Shown piece by piece: positions 9,118 to 19,211 of a DNA stretch of 64,000 bases; positions within the stretch are counted from its first letter, which is position 1; each line of letters starts with the position of its first letter. The notes beneath the pieces were generated by a model. It worked only from the letters and a program-made list of their open reading frames with translations, did no database searches and had not been told where the DNA came from. Both the position numbers and the translations under genes were made by a program. This DNA is from Nitrososphaerota archaeon (GTDB lineage: Archaea; Thermoproteota; Nitrososphaeria; Nitrososphaerales; Gagatemarchaeaceae), in the NCBI GenBank assembly GCA_027339745.1, contig DAHWNW010000002.1:55725-119724 (forward strand). The letters run 5' to 3'.

Positions 9118-10283
9118 TGTGACCTTGCCAGCTCCCGCCTGGTTATCAGCATGCGGAGCACCTCGGAAGTCCCCTCGCCGATCGTGAGGAGCCGGGCGTC
9201 CCTCCAGTGCCTATGGAGGTCGTCGGTGGTGTATCCGTACCCTCCGTGGATCTGGATGGCTTCGTCGCACGCCCTCAGAGACATCTCCGTGGCGTACACT
9301 TTAGCCTGCGAAGCCTCTGATGCGTAGTCACCCCCCATCTCCTTGATCCTCGACGCGTACAGGTAGAGGAGCCGGCCCGCGCTGATCCCTATCTTGGTGT
9401 CTGCCAGCTTCGCCCTCACCAGCTGGAAGTCTGCTATGGCCTTGCCGAACGCGCGCCTCTTCCGGGCGTAGGCAAGCGCCTCCCCATAGGCGAGCTGGGC
9501 GATGCCGACGTTGAGCGCCGCGACGACTATCCTCGCCCCGTGAAGGATCTCCTTCGCGTAGTCCGCCCCCTTTCCCTCCTCACCGATGAGGTTATCCTCG
9601 GGGATCCGGCAGTCGGAGAAGATCACCTCACGCGTCTTCGAGCCCCTCATCCCGAGCTTCTTCAGCTCGGCGCCGAACTTCAGCCCCGCCCTAGGCGACT
9701 CCACCATGAAGCATGAGGGACCCCTCGAGGTCTTCGCGAAGACGAGGTAGACATCCGCCTCCCCGGCGTTGGTGATGAACATCTTAGAGCCGTTGATCGT
9801 GTACTCCCCCGCGCGCTTCTCCGCTGTCGTGGCCATGTTCCCCGCGTCGGAGCCTGACGCAGGCTCTGTGAGCGCGAACGACGCCAGCTTCCTTCCTGAG
9901 ATTATACCCCGCAAGTGGAGCTGGCGCTGCGACTCGGTCCCAAACCTAAGAACACCCTCCGCCACGGCGTTGTGTATCTCAATGCTGAGGGCCATAGAAG
10001 CGTCGGCGGTGCCGAGGAGCTCCACGGCGGTAGCATAGACCGAGAAGGGCAACCCGAGCCCCCCGTACTCGGCGGGGAACGGGATCAGGCTCATCCCCTG
10101 CTTGAGGAGAGCGGACCTTGGCCCGGCCATAGCCGCCTCTCCGGTGTCCAGCTTCGGGGAGAGCGGGAGTATCTCCTTCTCCATGTATAATCCGAGGGAG
10201 GAGAGGACATCGGAGTATTCCTGGTGCTTGGCCGGGTGGAGCATCTGCATGAGCAGCTTGTGTTCGGCGGTGTATATCGTCAA
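9114..10283 (-). CDS. Acyl-CoA dehydrogenase
   Basis: FALTEPASGSDA, NGSKMFITNA, KLGMRGS, QIHGGYGY and IGEGTSEV. Confidence 0.93.
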   Translation of the reverse strand: MTIYTAEHKLLMQMLHPAKHQEYSDVLSSLGLYMEKEILPLSPKLDTGEAAMAGPRSALLKQGMSLIPFPAEYGGLGLPFSVYATAVELLGTADASMALSIEIHNAVAEGVLRFGTESQRQLHLRGIISGRKLASFALTEPASGSDAGNMATTAEKRAGEYTINGSKMFITNAGEADVYLVFAKTSRGPSCFMVESPRAGLKFGAELKKLGMRGSKTREVIFSDCRIPEDNLIGEEGKGADYAKEILHGARIVVAALNVGIAQLAYGEALAYARKRRAFGKAIADFQLVRAKLADTKIGISAGRLLYLYASRIKEMGGDYASEASQAKVYATEMSLRACDEAIQIHGGYGYTTDDLHRHWRDARLLTIGEGTSEVLRMLITRRELARSQ

Positions 10284-10326
10284 AGCGAGACGCTTTGCGT
10301 TCCCGGCTCCTCCAGAGATTTAATCG

Positions 10327-10342
10327 TTCTCACTAACGAGAA
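10327..10342. promoter_or_regulatory. Short palindrome TTCTC-N6-GAGAA between divergent AT-rich promoter elements
   Basis: Lies between the acyl-CoA dehydrogenase and prpD starts. Confidence 0.3.
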
Positions 10343-10374
10343 TTCCTAAAAGAGCTCAGCCCAGGCGGCGGGCT

Positions 10375-11745
10375 ATGGACCTGGCGGGCCGCCTCGCAGA
10401 CTACGTGACCTCGACTAAGTTCGGGAACATCGACCCAAGGACAGTCAAGGAGATGAAGGCCAGGGTGGTCGACGCCATAGGGTGTGCCATAGGGGCGTTC
10501 GGCGAAAGACCCATCGAGATGGCCAGGAGCGCGGTCTTAGGCCTGAGGAGCGGTGGCCCGTCGAGCGTCATCGGGACAGGCAAGCGGACCTCCCCCGACC
10601 TTGCCACCTTCGTGAACGGGTTCATGCTGCGGTACTTTGACTACAACGACACCTACCTCTCGAGGGAGCCTGCCCACCCAAGCGACAACATCGCGCCATG
10701 CCTCGCGGTGGCAGAGTCCGAGGGCGCTACGGGGAAGGAGCTCGTCTCGGCGGCGGTGGCAGCCTACGAGGTCCAGTGCAGGCTCTGCGACGCCGCCGAC
10801 ATAAGGCACCGGGGATGGGACCACGTCAACTACGGGCTGGTGTCGTCATCACTCGCCGCGGCGAAGCTGATGGGCCTGGACGCGAAGAAGGCGGAGCAGG
10901 CGGTCAACATCGCGGTGAGCGGGCACATAGCCATGCGCCAGGTAAGGGCGGGAGAGCTGTCGATGTGGAAGGGCGCGTCCTTCGCCAACGCCGCGAGGAA
11001 CGGGGTCTTCGCGGCCGCCCTGGCCAAAGACGGAGTGACCGGGCCCTCGCCGGTCTTTGAAGGAGAGATGGGCTTCTTCAGGCAGGTGTCGGGCCCCTTC
11101 GACCTCGACGTCAGCGGGTTCGGCGGGCGGGGAGGGAGATACAAGGTCCCCGAGACGTACGTGAAGTACTGGCCCGCCGAATATCATGCGCAATCGGCGA
11201 TCTGGGCCGCGCTGGCCGTAAGGGGGGACCTGAAGGGCCCGGGTGAAGCGAAGTCAGTCCTGGTCGAGACCCACGAGGCAGGGTACACGATTTTGGGCAA
11301 AGACCCGGAGAAGTGGCATCCGGGGACCAAAGAGACCGCGGACCACAGCCTACCATACATAGTTGGCATGGCGCTCCTGGAGGGGAAGATAGACAATGAG
11401 ACGTATTCGGAGCGAAACCTCAGATCAGCCCGGGTCCTCCGCTTCCTGAGAAAAGTGGAAGTGAAGGAGGACCCCACGCTGACGGCCATGTACCCCGCCC
11501 AGGGGATGGCAAACAGGGTGACAGTCGTCACGAAGTCAGGCGCGGTCTTTTCCAAGGAGGTGGACGTCCCAAGGGGTCACCCCCTGGACCCTATGGGGAG
11601 GGAAGAGCTGGAGCAGAAGTTCAGGGCCCTCACCGAGGGGAAGCTCTCCTCAGAGAGGCGGAGGGAGCTCCTCGACCTCCTGTGGAACTTGGAAGAGGTC
11701 GATGACCTGAGAGAGGTTTTCAAGTTGATGAAAGTCATGGCCTAA
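10375..11745 (+). CDS. prpD: MmgE/PrpD family protein (2-methylcitrate dehydratase-like)
   Basis: RYFDYNDT, HPSDN, GWDHV, WKG and ETADHSLPY. Confidence 0.85.
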   Translation: MDLAGRLADYVTSTKFGNIDPRTVKEMKARVVDAIGCAIGAFGERPIEMARSAVLGLRSGGPSSVIGTGKRTSPDLATFVNGFMLRYFDYNDTYLSREPAHPSDNIAPCLAVAESEGATGKELVSAAVAAYEVQCRLCDAADIRHRGWDHVNYGLVSSSLAAAKLMGLDAKKAEQAVNIAVSGHIAMRQVRAGELSMWKGASFANAARNGVFAAALAKDGVTGPSPVFEGEMGFFRQVSGPFDLDVSGFGGRGGRYKVPETYVKYWPAEYHAQSAIWAALAVRGDLKGPGEAKSVLVETHEAGYTILGKDPEKWHPGTKETADHSLPYIVGMALLEGKIDNETYSERNLRSARVLRFLRKVEVKEDPTLTAMYPAQGMANRVTVVTKSGAVFSKEVDVPRGHPLDPMGREELEQKFRALTEGKLSSERRRELLDLLWNLEEVDDLREVFKLMKVMA

Positions 11746-11790
11746 ACCCCGGCTGTCTCACCTATATCATCGCCTGTCGCCCCCCTTGAT

Positions 11791-12564
11791 ATGGAGTCTG
11801 AGGAGCTCCTCAGGAAGGCGTTCGGCCTGAACTCCTACGAGTCGAAGCTGTACGTCACCCTCCTAGGCCGCGGGATGAAGGCAGGGGAGGCGGCCCAGGC
11901 GTCGGGGGTCCCGCAGTCGCGGACTTACGACACCCTCCGTTCCCTCGAGCAGAAGGGTTTCGTGATGGAGTCGGACGGCGTCTACAAGTCCGCGACCCCC
12001 TCGGCGGCCCTTGGTTCGAGGTTGGCCAAATTCGTCTCCGACTTCGAAGCAGGGCTCGAAGGGCGGCAAGCGGCGATGCGGAAGATAGTCAGGGAGCTGG
12101 AGCCTCTCGCGCGGCCGGTAGATGGGGAGCAGGAGCCCGTGATGCTGAAGGGACTCGACAGCATAACAGCGGCGTTCCTGGAAGTCCTGCGACGTTCCGA
12201 CGAGGCGTTCCTCCTCGTCAGGAAGGGGCTGGCGGCCAAGGCAGCCTTCCTAGGAGTATTGGGGCAGGCGAGCAGGAGGCCGAAGCAAGTGAAACTGCTG
12301 GTCCCGGCGAACCAGAGGCTCTCCCGGGCCGAGCTTCGGGAGGCCGGAGAGAAGGGGCTGGAGGTCCGCCGCTCTGACGGCGTGCTGCTCGACATGATGG
12401 CAGGGGATAGGGGCGGGGTCATAATCGGGGTGCCGGCGAGGGGGAGGGACGAGTCATTCGCGGCCGTTGCCATTTGGGTGAGGAGCCCCTCGTTCGCCCA
12501 GTCGGTGATGGAGTCGCTCGACCAACAGTGGAGGGCAGCCAGGCCTCTCCGGGGCAACCTCTAA
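11791..12564 (+). CDS. TrmB family transcriptional regulator
   Basis: FGLNSYESKLY...SGVPQSRTYDTLRSLEQKGFV winged helix plus a C-terminal PLD-like effector domain. Confidence 0.88.
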   Translation: MESEELLRKAFGLNSYESKLYVTLLGRGMKAGEAAQASGVPQSRTYDTLRSLEQKGFVMESDGVYKSATPSAALGSRLAKFVSDFEAGLEGRQAAMRKIVRELEPLARPVDGEQEPVMLKGLDSITAAFLEVLRRSDEAFLLVRKGLAAKAAFLGVLGQASRRPKQVKLLVPANQRLSRAELREAGEKGLEVRRSDGVLLDMMAGDRGGVIIGVPARGRDESFAAVAIWVRSPSFAQSVMESLDQQWRAARPLRGNL

Positions 12565-12585
12565 TTACCACCTTATAGTAGTAAT
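12564..12585. promoter_or_regulatory. Candidate operator ATTACCAC-N6-GTAGTAAT upstream of the LLM gene
   Basis: Near-perfect inverted repeat ending 3 nt before the GTG start. The same motif recurs at 14510-14533. Confidence 0.65.
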
Positions 12586-12588
12586 CGT

Positions 12589-13578
12589 GTGAAGCTCGCC
12601 GTGGGTTTCAACCCGGTGCTCAGCGTGCAGGCCGCGGTGGCTCAGGCGTCGCGCGCAGAATCCCTCGGCTACGACTCGGTCTGGGTTCACGAGAGCCTGT
12701 ACCAGAGGGACGTGGTCACGTACATGTCGGCGATGGCGTCCGGGACCAGGAGGATTGGGCTCGGCTCCGGCGTGATCAACACGTTCACCCGCCACCCTGT
12801 CACCGCCGCGACGACGTTCGCCACGCTTTCCGAGCTGTCAGGCGGGAGGGTGACCCTGGGGCTCGGGCTCGGGAGCTTCCCCACCATCCCGCTCATCGGG
12901 CATCGGATATTCCCCGTCGGAGAGACCAAGCCTATCCGCAGGATAAGGGAGTACGTCGAGGTGGTCAGGTCAGTCTGGGAAGGGGGGGAAGTCGACTTCG
13001 ACGGCGACTTCTTCCAAGTACACGGCCTGACCCTCGGCTTCAAGGTCGACCGGAGGGTTCCGATCTTCATCGCCTCCCTTTCGCCGAAGACCCAGGAGTT
13101 CGCGGCCACCGTCGCGGACGGCGTGATACTCTCACCTGCGCTTAGCACGGTCCTGGCGACGGGGGAGATGGTGGAAAAGGTCAGGCGAGGGGAAGCGAAG
13201 AGAGGCCACGCTGTGGAGAGGGCTTCATACATGCTCACCTCGGTCGATAGGGACCCGGTCATGGCGGCGAAGGCCGTGAAGGACTATTACTTCTTCGTCT
13301 ATCAACTGGCCGAGGTTGTCAAGCCCGAGTCACTCGCGCCCTACGGAGTGGGTGAGGAGGACCTCCGGCCGATGAGGGAGGCGTGGAGGAGAGGGGACGA
13401 GGTGGGGGCGAGGAGGCTGATCCCCGAAGCTGCGATCGAAGCGCTCACGGTCACGGGGACCCCCGACCACGCGCTCGCCAGGGTGGGCGAGTACATGAAG
13501 GCGGGGGTCACGCTCCCAATCCTAATGCCGATAGGGGACGTAGGCTTGGCTTTGAGCGAGCTCGCGCCAGGCGGCTAG
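12589..13578 (+). CDS. LLM-class (luciferase-like, Mer-type) flavin/F420-dependent oxidoreductase
   Basis: AESLGYDSVWVHE, LGSGVIN..TRHP, LSGGRVTLGLG and ADGVI. Confidence 0.88.
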   Translation: MKLAVGFNPVLSVQAAVAQASRAESLGYDSVWVHESLYQRDVVTYMSAMASGTRRIGLGSGVINTFTRHPVTAATTFATLSELSGGRVTLGLGLGSFPTIPLIGHRIFPVGETKPIRRIREYVEVVRSVWEGGEVDFDGDFFQVHGLTLGFKVDRRVPIFIASLSPKTQEFAATVADGVILSPALSTVLATGEMVEKVRRGEAKRGHAVERASYMLTSVDRDPVMAAKAVKDYYFFVYQLAEVVKPESLAPYGVGEEDLRPMREAWRRGDEVGARRLIPEAAIEALTVTGTPDHALARVGEYMKAGVTLPILMPIGDVGLALSELAPGG

Positions 13579-14504
13579 AACACCGGCAAGTAGATTGACA
13601 GGACTAGAGACACCATATACAACACGGCGAACTGCAACGCCAGCGCCGCTGTCTTAGGGTCGGCGTCGTCCGGGACAGGTCCCCTGAACATCTTCCAAAG
13701 CGGCACGGCCCCCGGGAGCGTGAGCAGGACCAGGAGCGACCAAGCGCTGACAAACCCCGACAGGACTTCCCCTAAGACGATGATGTAAGCGAGGGCGAGA
13801 AGCCACCCGTAGACCCTGGAAGCCGTCCTCTCTCCCAGCCTGACGGCGATAGTCCTCGTGTTGACAGAGCCGTCGTAGCTTATGTCCCTTATGTTGTTCG
13901 CGAGCAGGACCAGGGCTACGAAGAGGCCGACGGGGATCGCCCCGACCATCGGAACCCAGGAGAGCGCCCGCGTCTGCACGACGTATGCGCCCAGGGGGAT
14001 TAGGAGCCCCCACATCACGAACACAGTGACTTCGCCGGCTCCCCTGGCCTTCAGGACGACAGGGTCGGATGTGTAGAGGACGCTCCCCAGCACCCCCGCG
14101 CCCGTGATGATCAGGATTGCAGGCCCGGACACCAACGCAAGGTAAGCGGCAGCTGCGAGGGTGACAGCGTAGAGGGCCAGTGAGAAGTCGAGTATGGTCG
14201 AGAGCGGGACCTCCCCTTCGGCTCCTGGGTGCAGCCTGTACCTCGTCGTAGGCGCGCCCTCCTTGTCTACTCCGTGCTTCACGTCGAAGTAGTCGTTGAG
14301 GATGTTGGTAGCCGCGTGGAAGGCGACCATCCCCCCGAGCGTGAGGAAGTAGAGCAGGAGGTCGGCCTTCCCTTCGAGCGCGGCGAGGAGGGTGCCGAGC
14401 GTGACAGAGGAGAACGTCATAGTGAAGGACCATGGCCTGGCTGAAAGGAATGCTGTCCTGACGCTGAGGCCTCGGGGGTGGCCAACGGCCCTCGTGCTGA
14501 ACAT
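13575..14504 (-). CDS. menA: UbiA-family prenyltransferase, MenA-like
   Basis: RPWS, NDYFD.KHGVD and ANNIRDI..D...TRTIAVRLG; multiple TM helices. Confidence 0.82.
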   Translation of the reverse strand: MFSTRAVGHPRGLSVRTAFLSARPWSFTMTFSSVTLGTLLAALEGKADLLLYFLTLGGMVAFHAATNILNDYFDVKHGVDKEGAPTTRYRLHPGAEGEVPLSTILDFSLALYAVTLAAAAYLALVSGPAILIITGAGVLGSVLYTSDPVVLKARGAGEVTVFVMWGLLIPLGAYVVQTRALSWVPMVGAIPVGLFVALVLLANNIRDISYDGSVNTRTIAVRLGERTASRVYGWLLALAYIIVLGEVLSGFVSAWSLLVLLTLPGAVPLWKMFRGPVPDDADPKTAALALQFAVLYMVSLVLSIYLPVF

Positions 14505-14509
14505 GCTAT

Positions 14510-14533
14510 TATTACCACACGTCGGTGGTAATA
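14510..14533. promoter_or_regulatory. Candidate operator TATTACCAC-N6-GTGGTAATA upstream of menA
   Basis: Perfect 9-bp inverted repeat between the AT-rich TATA-like element (about 14530-14537) and the ATG at 14504. Confidence 0.7.
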
Positions 14534-14628
14534 TTAAGATTGGTAGAACCCCTCCGCGATGTAAGGTAACTGGCGGCGCATGAGGCCGTGCGATGGGGAT
14601 TTAACACAGTCAGCCCCGGCGGCGCAGG

Positions 14629-15246
14629 TTGAGGAAGAGCAGGAGGGTCGCGCTTGGCCTGACGATCGTGGCGGTCGGGATGGCCCCCCTCTTCGTCCTC
14701 CCTGGGAGGGACTTCGCCCTGTCTACGTTCGTGGCCACGGGGTGCATGGGAGCGGTGGCCGTCGCCTCGGGAGGGTACCGCAAGCTCTACTCCCCCCGCG
14801 CCTGGACCCTGGCTCTGGGGGTGACCTCTGCCGCCGGGCTCTACGCGCTGTTCTATGCAGGGAACCTGGCTATCGCGGCGTTCCATCCTCTTGGAGTCGG
14901 AGCCCAGGCGGAGACGTCGATCTACGCGCTGATAGCTTCCTCTGGGAACCCGGTCCCTCTCCAAGTCCTCGTGCTAGCCTGCGACTCGCTCGGCTTCGAG
15001 TCGTACTTCAGAGGGACTCTGCAGGCGCACGCCTCGCCGAGGCTCGGGGGGGCGGCCCCCTTCGCCGTGGCGGCGGTGGACGCACTGATACACGCCGCGA
15101 GCCTCAATATCCTCTGGGTGGTCGCGACCTTCTTAGCCGACTCTGTCTGGGGGCTCACCTACTATCGGACGGGTGACCTGAGCTCGAGCGTGCTCAGCCA
15201 CTTCGTGTGGGACATCGCTATATTCATGGTCGCGCCGATAAGGTGA
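14629..15246 (+). CDS. CPBP (CAAX/Abi) family intramembrane metalloprotease-like protein
   Basis: FESYFRG (degenerate EE..FRG), ALIH and SHFVWD; multiple TM helices. Confidence 0.78.
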   Translation: MRKSRRVALGLTIVAVGMAPLFVLPGRDFALSTFVATGCMGAVAVASGGYRKLYSPRAWTLALGVTSAAGLYALFYAGNLAIAAFHPLGVGAQAETSIYALIASSGNPVPLQVLVLACDSLGFESYFRGTLQAHASPRLGGAAPFAVAAVDALIHAASLNILWVVATFLADSVWGLTYYRTGDLSSSVLSHFVWDIAIFMVAPIR

Positions 15247-15314
15247 GCTACGAAGGAGACGCCGCCTGCCTCCGCTCGCTTATAACGACCGGAAGGCGCG
15301 GGGGCGTGAAGCCA

Positions 15315-17288
15315 ATGCGCGAGGGAAGGCTGCTCTGGGAACCCGACCCGGGCCTCGTCAGGCGGACGGCCATGTCGGCGTACATGAAATGGCTGGAAAA
15401 GAGGGGGTCCAGCTTCGAAGGGTACGACGAGCTCTGGCGATGGTCCGTGGACGACCTGGAAGGGTTCTGGGGGTCCATCTGGAAGTACTTTGACGTCGCA
15501 GGCGCGGACTATCCGGTGCTCGCAGAGCGCAAGATGCCGGGGGCGAAGTGGTTCGATGGGGCAGAGCTCAACTTCGCAGAGCGAGTGTTCGCGAAGGGGA
15601 GGGATGGGCCGGCGCTCATCTGCAGAGGGGAGAGGGCGCAGGGGAAAGTAGTTGCCTGGCAGGAGCTCGAGCGGAAGACGGCGGCCCTCGCCAGAACCCT
15701 GAGGGATTCAGGTGTGGGGCGAGGAGACAGGGTTGCGGGATACCTTCCGAACGGGCCCGAAGCGATAGTAGGTGTCCTGGCCGCCGCGAGCGTCGGAGCC
15801 ATCTGGTCTGGGAGCCCTCCAGAGTTCGGGACCCAATCAGTTGTAGACAGGTTCGGGCAGATAGGACCTAAGGTTCTGATTGCCACCGACGGCTACAGCT
15901 ACGGCGGGAAGTGGACCGACAGAGCGGACGATGTCTCCTCCATCGTGAAGTCCATCCCAAGCATAAAGAAGGTCATCTCCGTGTCTGGGGGAAGCAAGGG
16001 GAGAGGATTAGCTGGCTCAGATGCTTGGGAGGAGGCGACGGGAGGCAAGGAGAAGCTCGACCACGAGTTCGTCCCCTTCGAGCACCCGCTGTGGATCCTG
16101 TACTCGTCTGGGACCACCGGGCTCCCGAAGCCGATAGTGCACTCGCATGGTGGGATACTAGTCGAGCTCCTGAAGTCCCTCGCCCTGCACAACGACATAA
16201 GGGAGGGGGACCGCTTCTTCTGGTACACCACGACAGGGTGGATGATGTGGAACTACCTCTTGGGGGGGCTCCTGCACGGAGCCACCCTCGTCCTATACAA
16301 CGGCCACCCCGCCTGGCCTCGCCCTGATTCTCTGTGGTCCTTGATGGAAGAGACAGAGACGACGTATATGGGGACAAGCGCGGCCTACATCTCCGCCTGC
16401 ATGAAAGCGCGGGTCGAACCGCGAGGTTCGTTCAGCCTGAGCACTTTGAGGGGGATAGGCTCGACCGGGTCGCCCCTCTCGACTGACGGATTCGAATGGG
16501 TGTACGCGAAGGTCAAGGATGGCGTCTGGCTCGAGTCACTGAGCGGAGGGACAGATGTCTGCACGGCATTCGTCACAGGGTCGCCGACGCTCCCTGTGTA
16601 CTCGGGGGAGCTTCAGTGCAGGGCGCTGGGGGCGAGCGTCCAGGCGTTCGACGAGAACGGCAGCGCAGTCGTCGGCAAGGTCGGAGAGCTGGTCATCACA
16701 GAGCCCATGCCCAGCATGCCCGTGTTCTTCTGGGGGGACGAGGATGGGAGCAGATACAGGGAGAGCTACTTCGACATGTTCCCCGGGGTCTGGAGGCATG
16801 GAGACTGGATAAAAGTGACCAGCAGAGGGACGTGCGTAATCTACGGCCGTTCAGACGCCACGATAAAGAGGCAAGGAGTGAGGATAGGCACGAGTGAAAT
16901 CTACAGGGCAGTCGAGAAGGTCCCCGAAGTCTCCGACTCCATGGCGGTCGACGTGGTTTCGAAGGAAGGGGGCGAGGAGATGGTCCTCTTCGTTTCGCTC
17001 AACGAGGGGGCGTCGCTGGACGAAGAGCTTGCCGCCAAGATCAAGGCCCAAATCAGGGCCGACCTCTCTTCGCGGTACCTCCCAGACAGGCTCGTCGCGG
17101 TCCCAGCCATTCCTCGGACGTTGAACGGGAAGAAGCTCGAAGTGCCGGTGAAGAGGATCCTCGCCGGGGCGGACCCGGAGAAGGTCCTGAATAAGGGATC
17201 CCTGGCAGACCCCGCATCGGTGGAACACTTCGTGAAGATCGCGAAGGGGCTCATCGCCGGCGGCCGGGGGGATTTGGAAGCGAATTAA
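15315..17288 (+). CDS. Acetoacetate--CoA ligase
   Basis: LWRWSV, YSSGTTGLPKPIVH.HGG, TTTGWMMWN, SGGTDVC, WRHGDW and GKKLEVPVK. Confidence 0.9.
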   Translation: MREGRLLWEPDPGLVRRTAMSAYMKWLEKRGSSFEGYDELWRWSVDDLEGFWGSIWKYFDVAGADYPVLAERKMPGAKWFDGAELNFAERVFAKGRDGPALICRGERAQGKVVAWQELERKTAALARTLRDSGVGRGDRVAGYLPNGPEAIVGVLAAASVGAIWSGSPPEFGTQSVVDRFGQIGPKVLIATDGYSYGGKWTDRADDVSSIVKSIPSIKKVISVSGGSKGRGLAGSDAWEEATGGKEKLDHEFVPFEHPLWILYSSGTTGLPKPIVHSHGGILVELLKSLALHNDIREGDRFFWYTTTGWMMWNYLLGGLLHGATLVLYNGHPAWPRPDSLWSLMEETETTYMGTSAAYISACMKARVEPRGSFSLSTLRGIGSTGSPLSTDGFEWVYAKVKDGVWLESLSGGTDVCTAFVTGSPTLPVYSGELQCRALGASVQAFDENGSAVVGKVGELVITEPMPSMPVFFWGDEDGSRYRESYFDMFPGVWRHGDWIKVTSRGTCVIYGRSDATIKRQGVRIGTSEIYRAVEKVPEVSDSMAVDVVSKEGGEEMVLFVSLNEGASLDEELAAKIKAQIRADLSSRYLPDRLVAVPAIPRTLNGKKLEVPVKRILAGADPEKVLNKGSLADPASVEHFVKIAKGLIAGGRGDLEAN

Positions 17289-17313
17289 TACAGGCACTCA
17301 GGCGGGAAAAGCT

Positions 17314-18666
17314 GTGCCAGGACAAAGGAAGGTATACATGATCTCCGGCGGGGTGACGAAGTTCGCGAAGGCCCACCCCGACATGGACTTCCGCATGATG
17401 GTCAAGCGTGCATTCGACTACGCCATGAAAGACGTCCCTGACCTACGGACGTCTGACATTGAGAGCAGCAGGATTTCTTACTTCTCGGACCATTTCGCCC
17501 GGCAGCTGAAAGCGGCTTCGATGGTGCAGGACTACCTGGGGCTGAACCCGAGGGACTCGAGGAGAATCGAGTGGGGGGGAGCCACCGGGGGCCAGGCCAT
17601 CCAGGCCGGATGGGAGACGGTAGCGAGCGGGAGGAACGAGGTGTGCCTCGTCGCCGGGTTCGAGACGATGTCTCACGTCGAGACCTGGAAGGGGAACGAG
17701 TTCATCGCCCTCGCTTCTGACACCAACTTCGACTATCCAGTGGGAGGTTTCTACACTGGATACTACGCGCTCATGGTCCAGCGGCACATCTACGAGTACC
17801 TGCGGAAGACGAAGTACGCCCACGTGAAAGACGAAAGGAAGGCCCAGAGGGCGGCAACGGAGGATGCGAAGAGGGTCATGGCCATGGTATCTGTGAAGAA
17901 CCACGTCAACGCGCAGCACAACCCCTATTCGCAATACCCGGAGCGGCTGACCATGAAGGCGGCCCTCGGGAGGGAGATGGTCGCTTATCCTCTGAACAGG
18001 CCTATGATATGCACCATGAGCGACGGGGCCGCTGTGGCGATACTCGCGTCAGAAGACGTCGCTTTCAAGTACACGGACCACCCGGTCCTTATCAAGGGGG
18101 TCGGGTGCGGAACCGACACAATGAGGCTCGCGGACAGGCCGCATGGGAGCGTGCCGCTGTTCTCATGGGAGAAGGCAGAGGACTACGCCAACCTGAAGTA
18201 CCCCGGGGTCCACTCATTCCGCGCCGGGAGGGCCGCCGCCCTCGAAGCGTATAAGAACGCAGGGGTGAGGAATCCGAAAGAGGAGCTGGACTTCGTCGAG
18301 CTCCACGACGCCTATGCGAGCTCGGAGATACAGACTTACGAAGACATAGGACTCTGCAAGTACGGCGAAGGCTACGACTTCGTGGACCAGGGGCACCCAT
18401 TCCTAGAGGGGATGGACTACGGGTTCGACCTCCCCCACAAAGGGACCATCCCTGTCAACCCCTCGGGGGGGCTTATCGCCTGCGGGCACCCGGTTGGGGC
18501 GACCGGGATAATGCAGGGGGTCTTCGCTTTCTGGCAGCTGCAGGGGAGCATCGGGGAGCACTTTGGGAACGAAAGGCTGCAGATAAGGAACGCGAAGCGC
18601 GGGCTCATCCACTCCCATGCCGGGACAGGGAGCTCTGTGACCGTCACTATAATGGAGAGGGCGTAG
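17314..18666 (+). CDS. Thiolase-fold (SCP2-type) protein lacking the canonical catalytic cysteines
   Basis: SDGAA, ELHDAY and NPSGGL..GHPVGATG. EWGGATGG occupies the usual CxS position. Confidence 0.85.
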   Translation: MPGQRKVYMISGGVTKFAKAHPDMDFRMMVKRAFDYAMKDVPDLRTSDIESSRISYFSDHFARQLKAASMVQDYLGLNPRDSRRIEWGGATGGQAIQAGWETVASGRNEVCLVAGFETMSHVETWKGNEFIALASDTNFDYPVGGFYTGYYALMVQRHIYEYLRKTKYAHVKDERKAQRAATEDAKRVMAMVSVKNHVNAQHNPYSQYPERLTMKAALGREMVAYPLNRPMICTMSDGAAVAILASEDVAFKYTDHPVLIKGVGCGTDTMRLADRPHGSVPLFSWEKAEDYANLKYPGVHSFRAGRAAALEAYKNAGVRNPKEELDFVELHDAYASSEIQTYEDIGLCKYGEGYDFVDQGHPFLEGMDYGFDLPHKGTIPVNPSGGLIACGHPVGATGIMQGVFAFWQLQGSIGEHFGNERLQIRNAKRGLIHSHAGTGSSVTVTIMERA

Positions 18667-18668
18667 AT

Positions 18669-19202
18669 TTGACTCCACCGAAGAAGTTCTCGAAGTTCAG
18701 GGAAGTGATGAAGGAGGTCAATGCGAAGGGCGCGGCGATCTACAAGAACCCTGTAGGGACAGAAGACCTGGTCGTGCTCTCCCCGTACACCATCAAATAC
18801 ATCCACAGCTACGCCGAGGACTCGCCTTTTTTCCTTGGCCTGGCCAAGAGGAAGCTGCTGGGGAGCGAATGCGAGAGCTGCCACTACAAGTACGCCACCC
18901 CGCGCAGCCACTGCATGAACTGCGGCGGCGAGACCAAGTGGTTCAACCTCCCGAAGGTGGGACGCGTCCACTCCTGGACCACCTGCTACTATGGGGGGGA
19001 GGAGTTCCTCAAGGAGACACCGTTCAACCTCGCGCTCGTCGAGTTCGACGGGGTGGACACGCTGTTGCTGACTAGGCTGAAGGAGGCGAAGGAGGCCGAC
19101 ATCTTCATCGGGATGGAGGTGGAGGCGGTGTTCCGCGCTTCTCCGAGGTACCTCGTCTCTGACGTGCACTTCGTACCGACGGGCAAGGCACGGAAGAAGT
19201 GA
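18669..19202 (+). CDS. DUF35 (Zn-ribbon + OB-fold) protein
   Basis: CESC...PRSHCMNC Zn ribbon followed by an OB fold (GRVHSWT, IGMEVEAVF). Confidence 0.9.
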   Translation: MTPPKKFSKFREVMKEVNAKGAAIYKNPVGTEDLVVLSPYTIKYIHSYAEDSPFFLGLAKRKLLGSECESCHYKYATPRSHCMNCGGETKWFNLPKVGRVHSWTTCYYGGEEFLKETPFNLALVEFDGVDTLLLTRLKEAKEADIFIGMEVEAVFRASPRYLVSDVHFVPTGKARKK

Positions 19203-19211
19203 GCGAGTTCC

